Shown: positions 12,262 to 25,424 of the stretch, piece after piece | Position numbering within the stretch: the stretch's first letter is position 1 | Layout: each line of letters starts with the position of its first letter | NCBI RefSeq assembly: GCF_001194135.2 | Contig: NC_068989.1 | Location: 36,566,374 to 36,630,373 of the forward strand | Source: Octopus bimaculoides | Taxonomy: Eukaryota | Direction: 5' to 3' | DNA: 64,000 nucleotides | Notes under the pieces: model-generated | What the model was told of the DNA's origin: nothing | Database searches by the model: none | Seen by the model: only the letters and a program-made list of their open reading frames with translations | Position numbers and translations under genes: made by a program

Positions 12262-14934
12262 TTAAAAGTACTTAGGTTGTTTGTTAACATCATCATCATC
12301 GTCGTTTGTCATTGTTGTTGTTGTTGTCATCATTTTAATATTCACTTTTCCATGCTTGCACAGGTTAGTGAAAATTTGCTGAGGTAGATTTTCGATGACC
12401 AGATGCTCTTCCTGTCACCAACCCTCACCTGTTTCAAAACAAGGTAATATTCCTCTTAGTCTTTCGAACATGAATAGCACAATGCCCGACATCTTTTCAT
12501 GGAAGATTGCAAACAAATGATACTGCTTGATATGATGATGATGATGCTTGTTGACAGCTATTGTGTAAAGTCAAGACAAGAAGATACAAACACAAATACA
12601 TATATGCATGCATGCACGTACACACCCACACACACGTGCACATACACACACATGACAGGCTTCTTTCAGTTTCCAATTTACCAAATCCATTCACAATGCT
12701 TTGGTTATCCTGGGACTAAAGTAGAAGGCACTTACCCAAGTTGTGCTGTATAGTGGAACTGACCATAAACTACATGGTTGGAAAACAAACTTCTTAACCG
12801 CATAGCCATGCCTATCTTTATTTTAATAATTTAGCATGAATGGAGCATAACTCCAAACATGTTTCTGCATTATTCAACTTCCTCAATAAAATGTAGATTT
12901 CACTGTACTGACCAAAGAAGTAACAAAAGAATCAGTAACTAAATGTACAGTAGTATATTTCCTCCCCAAGTAATTATTTTTAATTAACTTTTTGATGCTC
13001 ACTATATTAAATGTTAACATTAAAACTTTACTGTTATTTTTCATGGATATGGGTGTCTCAGAGAAACTCCTTTCAGTGATTTATTTCTTTAAATATGCTA
13101 ATTGTTAAGTGTCACATATGTACAGTCATGCAGCAATTTTCTCACCACTGCTTCAGCAAGTGTGATGATATTTTGTTGATGATGTCAAGTGCCCCTATCA
13201 TCATCATCATCATTTTAACATCCACTTTTCCATTCTTGCATGGGTTGGACAGAGTTTGTTGAGGAAATTTTTCTATGGCCAGATGGCCTTCCTGTCACCA
13301 GACTTCACCTGTTTACAAGCAAGATAACATATCCTTAAGCCCAGACATGTTCTCATAGAATATTAGGAATGAATGACACTGTTTAATAGTGACAATCATT
13401 TTACAACTATTATGCAATGTCAAGACAAGGAGACAGACAGACAGACAGACACATACACACACGCACACATGTACATACAACGGGCTTTTTAGTTTCCATC
13501 TACCAAATCCATTCACAAAGCTCTGGTCAACCCAGATCTATAATAAAAGATGCTTTCCCAAGGTACCATGCAGTGGGACTGAACCCAGAGACATGTTGCT
13601 GAGAAGCAAACTTCTTACCACACAGCTATGCTTGTGCCTCTACTTGTCAAAAATTATTAAAATATTAGCCACTGAGCTGTTGTTGTCTTTACCTAACTAT
13701 ATAAATTATTTTTAATTAACTTCTAGATCAGAAATTCTCAACCTTTTGTTGCTTGGTTCCACCTTTTATAGAATACCATTTAGCAAGACCTCTTATGTAT
13801 GTTTTCATAAAAAGCAATAAAGAAAAGCAAATTATTTTAATCAAACAAGCTAATTTCACACAGTGATCTCATATCTATATTTTCTTATACTATCCCACCC
13901 AGCAAGTGTCTGTTCTTTGATATTTGCATAGAATACTGTCTGACTATGTTAATTTCTAGTAGGAAATACTAAAAAGTGAGGGCTTATATTATGAAATTAT
14001 ATTGGACATTGGCTCATCATTGCTCTTGTTTCTCCTTGCTGATAACGCAATGTCCTATTTATGTTTTCATCCTGACAAATAGCATTTTTGAAAGTATGCT
14101 TAAAATGTAAGTGTTGTTCTTGGTTTCAATATTTACCTTCAAAAGCAGGGTATTGTAATCATTCATATTTGTTTGTTTGTCTGTGTGTTTGCAAAATTAC
14201 TGGGAAATGGCTGAATGGATTTTCACCAAATTTGGCAGAAATACTCATTGGATGAGTGGCTCGAAATGATGAAAATTTGGTTTGATTATTTTCAGACATA
14301 CATAAATACATACATAGATATGCAACTCTGTGTGTGTGTGTGCATGTGTACAGTAATGGATTTGAGGGATTCGTTTATTTATAAGTTGATTTCTTAATTT
14401 CACAGGAGTATAAATGCCTCTAATGGTGATAAGCAATGCAAGCTACACTATAATTTGCAAAAAAAATTATCTGTGTTCAAGGTGTGCCTTTCTTTTTCGT
14501 TTATTAACAAAAACGTGAAGGTACATGGCATTGTGGTTAGGGTGTTGCACTCATAATCACAAGATCATGGTTTCAATTGCTAGACTGGTAGTGCATTGTA
14601 TTCTAGTAGTGGATCTAGTAGACAGAGATTGAAAGAAATCTGTTGCAAATGTATATGGATAGGTGCGTTTTTCTGTATATCCTTGTTTTAACATCACATG
14701 ATGGATGTAAATGAGCATCACCATAATACGAGCAGCATTGTTTGTTTCTAATCTTTTGTGGAAAACCATATCTGGATGTGGGAAATATAGCCTTGCTTGA
14801 AAACAGGTGAAGGTTGTTGACAGCAAGGGCATCTAACTATAGAAATTCTGCTTCAACAGATTCCATCTAATCCATGCAAGCATTGTAAAGTGCACGTTAA
14901 ATGACGAGGCTGTATATATATGTGTGTATATATA

Positions 14935-15798
14935 TTGGGTCATCCCATAAATAATACGGTTTTTTCAATTGCATTAACTAAAAGTTGGAGGGGGACACGA
15001 TAAACCACCTATAAAAGCAGGTAGTAATTTTACCTTGTACTTATTCTTAGTGCAAGTTTTGAAGAGTGCAGTTCGATTTTAACAGTTATTTCTTCAAAGC
15101 TATAATGGAATTGACAAAGAAGCATATTCAGTATATTTTGCTTTATGAGTTCAATAAAGACAACAATGCAATAGAAAGTGCAAGGAATATCAATGCAGTA
15201 TATGGAAGTTGGACAATAAACATAAGCCAGTGTCAACAGTGGTTCCAGAAATTCAGAGCTAGAAACTACAGCCTGGAAGATGAGCATTGTCCTGGAAGAT
15301 CTGTAGAGCTTGACAAGGATGTCCTGCAAACCCTGGTGGAACAAAATCCCATCATGACTGTTGAGGAACTAGCAAAGAAGCTTGGATTTGGTCATTCAAC
15401 CATTCATTGATACCTGCGCTAGAAGAAAAATGATCATCTTTGGTTTCAAGACGAAAGGTGTTCTTTTATCAGGATAATGCTCAGCCACATGCAGTGAGGA
15501 TGACATTCCACCATATTCACTGGACATTGCCCCATCTAATTATCATTTATTCCAGTCTTCAAAACCATTCGGACAGAAAAAATACGAATTCTGTAGATGA
15601 AGTCAAAACAGTACTGGACGAGTATTTTTTGTCACAGACAAATGAATTTTGGAAGAGGGGCCTTGCAATTCTACCAGATAGATGGAAGAACATTGTAGAA
15701 AATGAAGGAGAGTATACTTTAGATTAAAAAAGAACTTTGCTTATCTTAGTTTTGAAAAATAAAAGAAGTATAAAAAGCTGCATTATTTATGGGATGAC

Positions 15799-15802
<4 letters not shown>
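14935..15802 (+). mobile_element. Mariner transposon, internally deleted, both TIRs present
   Basis: TIR TTGGGTCATCCCATAAATAAT at both ends with TA flanks; ILLYEFNK...QCQQWFQKFR, FYQDNAQPH, DIAPSNYHLF. Confidence 0.92.
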
Positions 15803-15835
<33 letters not shown>

Positions 15836-17007
15836 TCAACATTTAAAGTGTTTTCCATGTTGGTATTGGCATGAATTGGATGGGTCACACCAAGTTCCAT
15901 AGTCTGTTTTGGCATGGTTTCTATGGCTGGATGCCCTTTCTAATGCCAACCACTTTATAGAGTGCACTGAGTGCTTTTTACATGGCACCAGCACCACTAC
16001 CAATGCTTTTTACATGGCACCTTGGTTTTAGGATCTCAGTTCTGTTTTTGGGTCTTCTTGAGTTTCAATTCTGTTGTGGTGGATAGTATGTATACATCAT
16101 TTGCTTGTGTCACCAGATTCTCACTGTTGCTTGAGTTGAGTTGGTCAATAAAGATATAGTTCATTGGATACATGAATAATAACTGAAGCACACTCACAAA
16201 CATTTAACAGAATATTTATTGCTGGACATACAGCTATTTGGTAACTAGCTATTTACAATGACCTGGATTGGAAGAGAGAAAGTGCTCTGAAATTATATAA
16301 AGTTTGTATGCATGACAATATGCAGTTGGTCCAAAAAATATCTAAGTCAAATGTTCAAATCTCCTTGGCAATCTGCACTGTAAGCTACATGCCAATCAGT
16401 TTTCTTAAGGTTCAAGAGGTTTGATTCTAGAACAATCAAGAAAACCATATCACACCACATCTTTATGTTGATCAGTCAATTTATAGACCAATCATATGAA
16501 AATTACAGTGGTTTAATCGTGGTGTCTGACTGAATATCTACCAGTTAGTTTTTGAATCACCACCATAAGTAGTCTCCTCCCAGTTCTTTACCTAAAATTG
16601 AAAAGAAAGAAACAATAAAACAGAGAATTTAGATAAAAATACAATATGCCAATGAAAGTGAAAAAAGAACAAGAAAAAGAAAAACATGCTTTGAATACAG
16701 ACTAAATGCTGAAAGAATGTTCGAGTAAGAATGATAATTTTGTAAAATATGCTAAGTTCTGTAGAAAAGGAAGAGGAGTGTTATGGTAGGGGAATGGACT
16801 TGATGAAAGCCTGCATCTGTTAATTAACATTGACAGCCTCCTGTCTTCCCTGAATGTCCAAGATCATATTATTTTGGTTTAACTTTTAGCACATGGCATA
16901 GATCAGAATAGATTGCATTATTGTGTACAAAGACGTGAGTTCGGGTATTTATGTTGGATAAAACAAAAGTTTTTTAATTGACTGCAGTTGGTCCTAAAAC
17001 ATACCAA

Positions 17008-17085
17008 GTCAACCGTGCAAACCTCTATGGTGACAGAGGTCTGTTGGTCAACTGTGCAAATCTCTATGGTGACAGAGGTCTGTTG
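17008..17085. repeat. 39-bp tandem duplication (2 mismatches)
   Basis: gtcaac(c/t)gtgcaaa(c/t)ctctatggtgacagaggtctgttg x2. Confidence 0.95.
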
Positions 17086-17333
17086 GCTTTTACAGGGACA
17101 AGAGGCTTTATTCAAGAACAATCATGAAAATCATATCATTCCATAGTATCACAAAAATTGGTTGATTTATATAGATTGATCGTGGGAAACGCTCGTAGTT
17201 CACTTATAGTGTCTGAATATCTAGCAGTGTGATTTCGAATCACTGCTACATTAGCATATAAACTGTATTTAGAGATGAAAAAAAAAAAAGATTATTTGGT
17301 GCATGCGCCTGCAAAATATTACCATATATTTAA

Positions 17334-17477
17334 CCCTTTTGATGCCAACCCGAGACTGCTCTGGCTCTTTCTACAAAACAAATTCCGTTTTAAAGTGATC
17401 TTAATTAGAACATTTCATCAAAATTTTACTAAATTCTTTATTATTTTCAAAATTAATTGAAACAAAGGTAAAAAGGG
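17334..17477. mobile_element. piggyBac-type MITE, second family
   Basis: TTAA|CCCTTTT...AAAAGGG|TTAA; left end shared with the inverted copy at 40114-40280. Confidence 0.65.
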
Positions 17478-17575
17478 TTAAAACAGAATCCCAGTACATT
17501 AGCATTTGGGAATCGCTGATACAGTCTTCCCCTGACCCCTACTATTCACTGGTGCCATTTTTGACATTTGGTAAC

Positions 17576-17625
17576 ACTTACTAACGACATTCAGCTTGTG
17601 AAAGGAAACACTTCCGATTTCCTAT
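17576..17625 (-). promoter_or_regulatory. Putative first exon of an unidentified minus-strand gene, with ETS-like motifs
   Basis: Minus strand reads AGGAAAT-CGGAAGTG-TTTCCTTTC...ATG TCG TTA|GTAAGT (ATG 17590-17588, donor G at 17581) in a CpG-retaining region. No downstream exon identified. Confidence 0.4.
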
Positions 17626-19849
17626 GCCCTTGTTTAATACCATCAAATATAAACAGGATTTCTAATTATATCGGCGACACAGGTCACAAAACTGTTAATT
17701 CATTGTTGTTAGGTTAAATAAAAAATTAACTGTTATTGCTGGCTATTAATCGTACAGCTAGTCTTCGGTATAATAGTTAAAAACTGGTAAGATAAAAATG
17801 AAACATCTGCTCCATTTCTAAAATAATAATAGTTATTTATAAAAATGAGTCTTTTTTTTTGTTTTGACTATAAAAGTTAAGTAAATGGGGAAAGTTGCGT
17901 CGTAATTAACTCTGACAAAATGAGATTTGTATAAAAACAAGGTGTAATCGAAATACCGAAACGAAAACAAACTGTACAGTAAAAAAAAAATTTTACTCTA
18001 AGGAGAAAAATCTTTTGATTTTAAAAGTACACGTCTTATGAATTGAGAAAAAAATTCAGTTAATTTATAAGTATTTTAGGCAATCTTTCGTTTTTATTAA
18101 ATACAACGTTGAAAAACCTCATTAATTACAAGATGTAATCGTATATAAGAGTCAGCAGAAATTTCGAAAAGTTTCCACCTTTTTTAACTCCTGAAATTAT
18201 TGCATCAATCAAAAAGGTTGACAATTCGCAATTTCTGCATTAGAGCTCTTTTATTTCTGTTTACTTTGTTGTTTTCTGTTAGCCACTTCCATAAGTGTTT
18301 TTAAAATCAAAGTATCCCCATCCTATGGAAAATGAAAACCGAATAAACAATATTTTTTGTTTTCGTTTCGTTACTTCAATTCATATTTTTATATATTTCT
18401 CATTCTCTGTTGGGTAGTTCTTCCCATTCGCAAAATATTATCTATAAATGTATGATAAAATCATTTGATTTATTTTAAATGATTAATTAACAGGAGCTTC
18501 TATAATATTTCTTTCTTGTAAGTGACAGCCTGAAAAGCCTACCCATCACCTGGGAGTTTCGTATTGAAAGCTGATTAAATATTCAAGGGAAGTAACCACT
18601 AGAAGATACAGATTTCCTGGTTTAAATTCAATATTTCCATGTTCCGTTTTTATTTCAAATAATAAATTAAAGAATACATCTAAAACACTTTATATCTTTA
18701 GGATATTGTCCAAGAATGAGTAACTATAGGTTTTTAAATAAACGATGTAGACATTAATAAAATATTTAATTCTTTATATTGTTAGTGTTCGTTTACAATT
18801 TAGAATAATCCTGAGCCAGAAGGGTATTTCATTTAAAATTAATTGAAATAATACTATATCAGAATAAAGGAACAAAAAAAAAATCGGGATGAAAATGTGA
18901 GAAAAAACCGTTCATTATGGTTGCTCATAAAGTAACAGAAATCTCTGGTACGTATGCATTTTATTTGATATGAAATGTTTGGATAGTTTTACCGTTTTCA
19001 TAAATGTTGAGTCATCTTGTTTATGTGTGTGTGTGTGTGATCCCACATGCTAAAATTCGTGTGCTTTTTTCTTGTTTGATGCAAAGATAATGCGAGAATG
19101 TAATGAATTTAAGACAATAGGCGATCAGTACATTCAAAATGATTTTGATTCGATTTGGACAACATTTATGTCATATGTTATTTGGTCGTATCAATTGCAT
19201 GTTCATTTTGTGAAGAAATTACGATTGAATCGATAGAAATGAAGAGACACCAGATTAATTATATTGCAGTATTTTGTTATGTCCATTCTCATTCTGAGAA
19301 CTTATCTCATTTTATTTGTTTCATCTCATTTGTCCCTTCTTGTACAAATAATTTTAGCGCTTTTCCGTTTTGCCTCTCCCACCTACACTAAGGCGGGCCT
19401 TGTTAACAGTATTGTAAATCCCATGCAAAGCAATATATTGGATCCCTGCATGTACAACCCACATGAATGTTGCAGCATACGTAGATTAGCAATGGGTTCA
19501 AAGATCCATGTCCCTGCCCGGCAACTATCCAGTTATGCTCATGCCTTAAAACGGTACTAATCCCTAGAATGTGAAGAGATCGATGATTTACTCACAAGCA
19601 GTTTGTTGAAAGACATTACCATTGAGAACAAATACTTTTCTCCAAAATAAAATCTTGCCTAGGAAAAAATGTGTTTCTTTGCAAAGGCAATTTCTTTTGA
19701 CAAACTTTTACTACATCTCTGAATGTATCCATCTTCGGGTCTTCGTTTCCTCACCAGAACTACGGAAAGTGAAATGCGGTGAAGAAGACATGAAGAAGGT
19801 TGGACTAGTTTTCTCTAACACCGTATCTTAGCCCTTTGTAAGGTTTAGT

Positions 19850-20420
19850 ATCTTGGCATCTATCTTTACTTTTTCTCATACATTCCTCTTCAATAGGTTC
19901 CTTCTACTTTTCTGTACATCAAACATGATCACTTCCCTGCAGATAACTCCAGTCCTGTCTCAATTCCTTCTAAAACTCTTTACTGAGTTTACTCTGAGGC
20001 CTCAAAATTCTGGCCTCTACAATTCAATTATGAGAACTACATCATAGGCATACAGAAGTTCCTATGGATAGCTGTACCTAAACTCCTCTGTTGTGGACCT
20101 GAAGAGCTACAATAAACAGGATACATGTCTGAATGCTAAGTCCCTCACTGTACTCACACTTTGCTGATGTCATCTCTATATGGTTGGTACAACTCTCTCA
20201 AACTAGTCTTCTACACTTAGCTTTCTTAGTAACCACCACCACATTAACAAATGCTAAGTTTAGCTGTTTCCTCTTAAGTGAAGATTTCTTTTGTTGATGT
20301 CTCAGTGGGAAGAGGGTTTTGGTAGTTCCTTGTTCTGCTGTAAACCCAAGTCTCTCATCTAAGTCAATTTTCTTAATTAGTTATGGTATAATTTTGTTAA
20401 ATTTGGTCCATCATTCCAGT
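19850..20420 (-). mobile_element. Old, heavily decayed RTE RT fragment
   Basis: Degenerate translation (LGFTAEQGTTKTLFPLRHQQ...LNLAFVN) aligns by eye with the RT motifs of the 4123-4389 copy. Confidence 0.55.
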
Positions 20421-21099
20421 TCCTCTATCTGTAGTTGTTTCTATCAAGAACATGTTCGCTGCTCTTGAAGCAGCTGATGAGGATAATGCTATACTAATCA
20501 TTGTGTATAACGCCTCCCTCTAAAACCTGATTGACTCTATGAGTGTCTAGCTTGAGTTCCTACATTGCCAGATGTTTTCACTGTCTTAGTGACCATTCTT
20601 GATAGCTCAGCTGATTCCTTTGCCGCCATCTAAATCACACATTTGATTGTTCAGCTGTAAATCCCATGCACAGCAATATATTGGATCCCTGCATGTACAA
20701 CCTACATGAATGTTGCAGCATAAGTAGATTAGCAATGGGTTCATAGATCCATGTCCCTGCCCGGCAACTATCTACCCTTTAACAATTTAGTTAATCTTTT
20801 GAGTCTCTGTGTAGTAGTCCTCTTTCCCATGCATTCTTGTAGTTTCCTCTCCTGGATCCTAACAATCAAAACTAGACTCTACCAAACTTATTCTCCACTT
20901 TCTTACATGCAGTATCAGAGAATATCAAATAGGACCAACTATCATACCCAGGAGCCTCTATGAGGTTGCTAGAAACAGCTGCCAAATTCCTTTTGAATTT
21001 TAAAATGTTGTTATAAAAAAAAAGGAAAGGATGTATCAGGTAGCGTAATACTAGGCACCCCTGAAAAGACAAGAAGGTCACTGCTAGAATGCTTTTGCT

Positions 21100-21590
21100 T
21101 ATATCTCTAGCAACTTACATTACACAACCTCACGTCCCAAAACATTCCTTATACCCTATCCTGGTCCATTATCTGTAAGGATCCACCCCCATAGAACACT
21201 AACCAGGGAGTCTGTAAACTGTGTTTATGGGAGTTTCTTGCCATCCTTTGCAACCTTAACCCTTCATTACTTAATAGATTCTCAGATGTAATCCTTTCAT
21301 GTAAACACAAATTCAACTCATCATTTACCCATTATGTAAAATCTATTAAATTTCTAAATAACAATACAACCTTAAGTTACAACTTAGCTGCTCTAGCAAC
21401 ATATCCCTTCTACTTACACCACTCCTATTATATGTATCTCTCTTACTATTCTCTTTGCACATTCATCTTACCCAGTACACTCTCCTTTACCACCACTCCA
21501 TCTTCATACTTTGAACTCCTTCTCTTCCTAGCTTTTTCCACCAGAACCATTTAACACTACCTATCCCTTGCTCTTGACTTTGCTATCAAT
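21100..21590 (+). mobile_element. Second copy of the same PLE 3' end
   Basis: Close nucleotide match to about 42400-42850, including the CKLCLWEFLAIL coding remnant. Confidence 0.8.
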
Positions 21591-22089
21591 CTACCCATCC
21601 CTGGCAGGATATTGTGAAGGAAGTGTGATTAAAGAGTGCAAGGGGGGAGGTGAGTGGCGAAGACCTGGGTATATATAAAGTCGGTGGCTACCAGATAGCA
21701 ATGATACAGAGGAACAGGGCCATGAGGATAGGATTGCAGAGTGAGAGCTAGGTATAGTGTATGAAAGAGGAAATGTGAGGAGGGGAAGAGTTGGGGTAGG
21801 GTGAGTGAAAAGTTTTGTTATGTGTGGGTGGAACACAAAGGTCAGGGGCTAGCAGATAGCAATAATACAGTGAGATAGGGCATGTGGATGGAACACACAG
21901 GTCGGGGGCTAGTAGAGAGCAATGATAGAGTGGCACAGGGTCAAGTGGACAGGATTGGGGAGTGAGAGGTAAGCATAGTGCATGAAGCAGAAATGTGAGG
22001 AAGAGAAGAGATGTAAAGATGTAGTTTGGTTTGTTGTGGTAGAGTGTGTGAGAAGCTTCCTTGTTAAGTGTGGGTGGGACAGACAGCAC

Positions 22090-22920
22090 TTCTAGACCTT
22101 AGCTTCATTGATGTAGGCGGGTCTTCTCTAGAACTTCATATCGCCAAACATCTCTGTCGATTGTCATTTCCTCCATGAGGCCCAACATCCTGCTATCAGT
22201 CCTTACCACTTCATCCCACATCTTCCTGGGTCTTCTTCTTCTGCGGGTACCATCCACTTTCCATGATCGACACTTTTTTATGCACATTACATGTCAAAAC
22301 CAACGTAGTCTTCTCTCTTGCATGCTACATTTGATTCCTCTTGTGCCCAACTTTTCTCTCAATATATTTGCACTTTACTGTATATGTGCACTAATGTTGC
22401 ACATCCATCGGAGCATACTACCTTTATTTCTCTCCACTCTACCATGGAGTATAGCTGTTCGCACACAAGCATCATATAATCTACCTTTCACTCTGAGTGA
22501 GAGAGAGAGTCCTTTTGTTGCCAACAGAGGTAGTAGCTCTCTGAACTTCTCCAATTCTGTTAAAGATTCTACAATAAGAACAAGGTCATCAGCATATAGC
22601 AGTTCCCATGAGCACCCAGTTTTGAATTCCTCTGTTATGGCCTGGAGGACCATAATGAATAAGAGTGGGCTGAGAATTGAACCCTGGTGAACCCCTATCT
22701 GTATGCTAAATTCATCACTGTATTCATGGCTGACTCTCACCTTACTGACAGCATCGCTGTACATGGCTTGTACAGCTCTAACAAGCCACTCCTCTACTCC
22801 TAACTTCCTTAGAGACCACCATATAACAGAGCAGGGAACTCTGTCAAAAGCTTTCTCCAGGTCAATGAAGGCTAAGTACAATGACTTACTCTTGGCCAAG
22901 TACTTTTCCTGTAGCTGTCA
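22090..22920 (-). mobile_element. RTE-clade LINE fragment
   Basis: LAFIDLEKAFDRVP...GVHQGSILSPLLFIMVLQAITEEFKTGCSWELLYADDL, then RRRRPRKMWDEVV. Confidence 0.9.
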
Positions 22921-25424
22921 TTGAAATCTCAAAGCTATACAATAGTACATGATTAATTCAAAACAATGTTAATAAATAAGCATTACACTTGATAGAGTAA
23001 TCTGAATGCTAAAGGATTACTCAACATGAGTAATATAAGCCAGCCACACACACTAGCAACTTAAATACTTGAAGTTACATACTACATTTCTGTACTATTT
23101 ACTAAAGTAAAGAATATAAAATACTGCACAAACACAGTCAGAAAAACTCTTACCCACTACACTTAGCCAACAGAGAATAAACGAAGCTTGCTTCCCAACC
23201 ACATGGTTCAGGGCTTAGTCCCATTGTGTAGCACCTTGGGTGTCTTCTGCTATGGCTTCTGGCCAATCAAAGCCTTGTGATTTGGTAGATGGAAAGTGAA
23301 AGAAGCCCGTCATATTTATGTGTGTGTGTCCCACCACTTCTTGACAACATCATCGTAACCTAGCAGTTTGGCAAAAGAGACTGATAGAATAAGTGCCAGG
23401 CTTTAAAAAAATTACTACCGGAATCAATACATTCTACTAAAAATTCTTTGAGGTGGTGCCCAAGCATGGCCACAGTCTAATGACTGCAACAAGTAAAAGA
23501 TAAAAGATTAGTTTACATCCTAGGCATTAGGTTTATCATGAGTTATTCATCAGTTCATTCTGGGTATCTAATTTCTTTGCAAAGAACACACAACATAACA
23601 CAAAAGTTACAAATATAGATAAAAATATTAAAAGTGAAACATTACTTTAACCTTGTGATGAATAGAGTTGGTTGCTGCAGCAAGCCCTAACCCTCAAGTC
23701 ATTCTGAAACATCCAGGACCATCCTAAGAACACTACAGACAAACAAAGGAAATGTACATAAAGAGGGTATCATTCAATAATATAAACATTCAGACACACA
23801 CAGATACATACACACAGGGGAAAATACTAGCAGTTGTCAACAGTTCTACAATATCTACCTCTTATCATCATCATTTTGATGTCCAATGCTTGCATGGGTT
23901 GAATAGAGTTCACTGAGGCAAATTTTCTACAGCCAGATGCCCCTTCCTGTTGCCAACCCTCAACTGTTTCCTACAAAGGTAATATTTTTCCATGGCCAGA
24001 CATGTTCCCACCAAAGACTGGAAATGGAGGACACCACTTTTATAACAGTGACTCTTGTTTACAACTATCATGCAATACCAAGACATAGAGAAACAAACTC
24101 AAACACACACTCATGTGCACACATATACACATATCAACTACAGACTCAGATCTGTGGTAAAAGACTCTTGTCCAAGATGTCATGCAGTGTAGCTGAAGTT
24201 AAAACCATGTGGTTGAGAAACAAGTTCTTAACCACACACCTGTGATTGCACCTTCATATAAAAAAAAAAAAAATAAAGGAAGTGAAACAATAGGCAAACT
24301 GTAAAAGCACTCACAACTTCCATATTTGACCAACATACAGAACAATTACTGATTTGTGAGACAATGATAGAACCATGATTGGTTTGCCTGTTACAGCAGC
24401 CAAAGCTTATTCCAGTTACATTCTGCACTCTTAAATAAAGAGTACAATGAATAAAGTAATCCCAGATTCTGCTACAAAGAGTAAAGTGGTCACAGAATGC
24501 CTTCAATCATAAGTATGTTTGATCTGGAGTTAAACAACAACTACTACTGTGCTGTGATGACATGTGATTCATAGCTAGTTTTCTTTGGCCTGAGTGTTAA
24601 TCTACATTATCCAGGATGATAGAGCTGTCCCCACACCCCAATGTCTAAATGACAAAGGCTTCTTTATTCATAAACACACTACAACCATTATTTCACCCCA
24701 GGAATTCTCTATGGCTGATATTACAATAATTTCTGGTCTTCTGAACCAGTTGTACTATTCATGACAAATCCATTTGATTCTTCTTATCCTCATATTAAAC
24801 ACTTGTTATTCTTGAATCCACTATAATCCTTATCTGCTGGCTCACAGATGTTTGATCTGAACTTCATATTAATCAGCCTCACTCAGCAAGATCTCTCTCG
24901 AGATATTATGACCATTATTTTTAGATTAATTAGTTGTAAACAAATTACTGAAAAGATGTTAGTTAAAAGATTTTGTTGTTTGTATCATTATATTACATAT
25001 TGTAATAGGCACATGACTGTGTGGTAAGAAGCTTGCTTCCCAACCAGAAGGTTCTGGGTTCAATCCCACTGCATGGCACCTTGGCCAAGTGTCTTCTGCT
25101 AAAGCCATGGGCCAACCAAAGCCTTGTGAGTGGATTTGATGGAAACTGAAAGAGGCCTGTCATATATATATATATGTGTGTGTGTTTGTGTTTGTGCCCC
25201 CCATCACTGCTTGACAACTGGTGTTGGTATGTTTACATCCCTGTGACTTAGTTGTTTGGCAAAAGATATCGATAAAATAAGTACTAGGTTTAACAAATAA
25301 GTCCTGGGGTTGATTTGTTTGACTAAAACCCTTCAAGGTGGTGCTCCAGCATGACCACAATCATGATTGAAACAAATAAAACAATTATATGTATGTATTT
25401 GCATGCATGTATGTCTATCTTGGT

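Noticed and set aside
14525-14640. tRNA-like sequences here and at many SINE heads
   Set aside because: Degenerate SINE heads without a complete cloverleaf; not tRNA genes.
17008-17085. Tandem repeat with a small hairpin as a CRISPR-like array
   Set aside because: No spacers, only two units, eukaryotic context, no cas genes.
20474-20500. CTGATGAG hammerhead-like start
   Set aside because: No stem II or GAAA downstream.
24315-24422. Minus-strand candidate exon NVTGISFGCCNRQ...NMEV|GTGAGT
   Set aside because: Weak polypyrimidine tract, no homology recognised, no partner exons.
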